Part shown: positions 62,152-64,000 of the stretch, piece by piece
How the letters are laid out: each line of letters opens with the position of its first letter
How positions within the stretch are numbered: the stretch's first letter is position 1
Assembly (NCBI GenBank): GCA_048940925.1
Contig: JBHLOC010000008.1
Span: 46,428 to 110,427 of the forward strand
Origin: Promethearchaeota archaeon
Lineage (GTDB): Archaea > Asgardarchaeota > Lokiarchaeia > Sigyniarchaeales > SOKP01
DNA length: 64,000 bases
Direction of reading: 5' to 3'
The notes under the pieces: generated by a model
What the model was told of the DNA's origin: nothing
Databases searched by the model: none
Seen by the model: the letters and a program-made list of their open reading frames with translations, nothing else
Program-made: the position numbers and the translations under genes

Positions 62152-64000
62152 ATGCCAAGATTACCAAATAATGTTTTAGAATTTTTAAAAAAAATTCCTC
62201 AGGAATATACCGGCATTATAAAAATAATTAAAAAAAATTACCAGAGGGTAAATTTTGATAATCTAAAACCATTTGATGGAACAGAAATACGGACATTTTA
62301 TAAAGAAATTATTGAAGAGATTTTCTCACCAAATTCAGAAGTATCTATATTACTTAAAAATTTATCTGTGATAAATACAGACGTGGAAACAAATATTGAT
62401 AGGAAAAGTGTTGAAACCAGCTATGAGTTGCCAAATATTGTGGGAATTTTTGATAAGATAGTAAATACAGGTATATTAATTAAGAAAAAGAAGAAAAAAA
62501 GAGAAATCTATAAGTTTATATCTCTACAAATTCAAGATTTTTTAGAAGGTTTAACGGATAAAGAATCTCATGAAAAAGCACTAAAATATTATGAGATAAA
62601 GAAAAAAGAATATGGAGATGATTTCACTGACGAAATTGAGATACTTTTTCATAATACAAAATTGAATCCTTCCGAGGAGTTGGTTAACCAATTTCTTATA
62701 GCTATTCATAACATAACTCAAGTTGATTATCGATTTAAAAGACTGGTTGATGTTGCAGAAACATTAATGCAACTTAACGATAAATACAAAGCACCAATAT
62801 TAATCTCACTCGGAAATCTATTTTCCTCTATAGGAAGAACTGAGGAAGCAGAGAAGATTTTCCTTAACGCTTTAAATATATATAAAAACTTGGCTAAACA
62901 ATATTATCGAATTTATTTACCCTATGTAGCAGCTACTCAAAAAAACCTTGGGACACTGTATCTTGATTCAAAGCAATTTGAAGAAGCAGAGAAGAATTAT
63001 CTTGATGCTTTAAATGCTTATAAAGACTTAAAAAAGCAATATTATGATGTACATTCACCTGATTTTGATTTAGAAGAATATGAAGATCTAGAAAAGTCAT
63101 ATAGTGTTGATTTAAAGATGTATAATGAAGCATTAAAAAAATATTATGATGTTTATTTACCTGAGGAGCCATCATTTACAAATGATTTGGGAAATGTTTG
63201 TATTGATTTAGATTTATTAGAAGATATTCAAGACGGATCCCTCGATTCTCTAGATAGTTATAGAAAGTTGGCAAAAATGTGTTATGACATGTATTTAGTA
63301 GATATTGCTAAGACCCAAAGCAATCTTGGACTTGTTTATAGTGAATTAAGTAAATTTGAAGAAGCTGAAAAAATGCATCTCAAAGCATTAAAAATAAAAA
63401 AGAAAGTTGCTGAAAATTATCCAGATCAAGTTTTACCAGAGCTAGTCCTTACTCTGATAGATCTTGGAGATTTGTATGCAAGCTTAAACAAATTTGAGAA
63501 GGCAGAAAAGAGATACCAGAATGCATTAAAAATTTCTAAAGGATTAGCAGAGCAAAATCCAGATATATATATGTATAACGTCGCTATAATCGCGAATTGC
63601 CTTGGAAATGTTTATCTCAGATTACAGGAATTTGAAGAAGCGGAGAAAAATTACCTTGGAGCTCTAGAAATCTTTAATATATATGCAAAACAAGATCGCA
63701 AAACCTATTTATACAATGTTGCTGAAGTTCAGAACAATCTTGGTAATTTGTATATGATCATTGAAGATCTTGAAAAAGCCGAACGCTATCTTAATAAAGC
63801 CTTGAAAGCTGACCCTACTAATAGCGAAATTTTTTATAATATCGCCTGTCTTGAATCACTAAAAAATAATCACACAAATGCTTTGGAACTGTTAGGAAAA
63901 GTAATAAAACTTGATAAAGCATATATTCAAAGAGCACTATCAGATAATAAATTTGATAATATTAGAGAACTGAAAGAATTTAAAGAGTTAACTGGTGAAT
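62152..64000 (+). CDS. TPR repeat protein (runs off window end)
   Basis: ATG at 62152 (MPRLPNNVLEF...), open to the end of the window, with repeated NLG..Y...FEEAE..YL.AL TPR units; absent from the ORF track because it has no stop. Confidence 0.85.
   Translation, partial: MPRLPNNVLEFLKKIPQEYTGIIKIIKKNYQRVNFDNLKPFDGTEIRTFYKEIIEEIFSPNSEVSILLKNLSVINTDVETNIDRKSVETSYELPNIVGIFDKIVNTGILIKKKKKKREIYKFISLQIQDFLEGLTDKESHEKALKYYEIKKKEYGDDFTDEIEILFHNTKLNPSEELVNQFLIAIHNITQVDYRFKRLVDVAETLMQLNDKYKAPILISLGNLFSSIGRTEEAEKIFLNALNIYKNLAKQYYRIYLPYVAATQKNLGTLYLDSKQFEEAEKNYLDALNAYKDLKKQYYDVHSPDFDLEEYEDLEKSYSVDLKMYNEALKKYYDVYLPEEPSFTNDLGNVCIDLDLLEDIQDGSLDSLDSYRKLAKMCYDMYLVDIAKTQSNLGLVYSELSKFEEAEKMHLKALKIKKKVAENYPDQVLPELVLTLIDLGDLYASLNKFEKAEKRYQNALKISKGLAEQNPDIYMYNVAIIANCLGNVYLRLQEFEEAEKNYLGALEIFNIYAKQDRKTYLYNVAEVQNNLGNLYMIIEDLEKAERYLNKALKADPTNSEIFYNIACLESLKNNHTNALELLGKVIKLDKAYIQRALSDNKFDNIRELKEFKELTGE

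Noticed and set aside
1-64000. CRISPR arrays, rRNA genes, IS transposases
   Set aside because: No regularly spaced repeats, GC-rich rRNA-like tracts or transposase motifs were seen.

Overview
Very AT-rich archaeal DNA whose gene content points to an Asgard archaeon of the Lokiarchaeia type: roadblock/longin-GTPase fusions, longin proteins, a gelsolin-domain protein, TPR-zinc-finger proteins and a Loki-CTERM-like remnant. The left half holds a large isoprenoid/mevalonate supercluster (HMGCS with a DUF35-like tail, class II HMGR, UbiD + AcnX1/2 + UbiX, a GHMP decarboxylase, MVK, GGR, an IPK-IDI2 fusion and a prenyl synthase). The right half holds a GH38 mannosidase, DNA methyltransferases, a GTPase/longin signalling region around a 2200-aa surface protein, hisB, melA, an MttB/corrinoid/PLP-lyase cluster and a tRNA-Leu(CAG) with two introns. 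The main finding is three protein-coding genes (mevalonate kinase, GH38 alpha-mannosidase and an unknown gene at 42645-43594), each interrupted 43-51 nt after the start codon by a 30-32 nt hairpin insert that folds into a tRNA-type bulge-helix-bulge (BHB) motif. Cutting at the canonical BHB positions exactly restores the reading frame, and in the two known enzymes also a conserved motif, so these look like endonuclease-spliced mRNA introns. In the third gene, splicing puts a UGA in frame, and a eukaryote-like AUGA/AAA/GA SECIS hairpin sits in its 3' UTR, predicting an intron-gated selenoprotein of unrecognised family. Several genes appear to start at ATA or ATT codons. All calls were made by eye, with no database searches or folding software.
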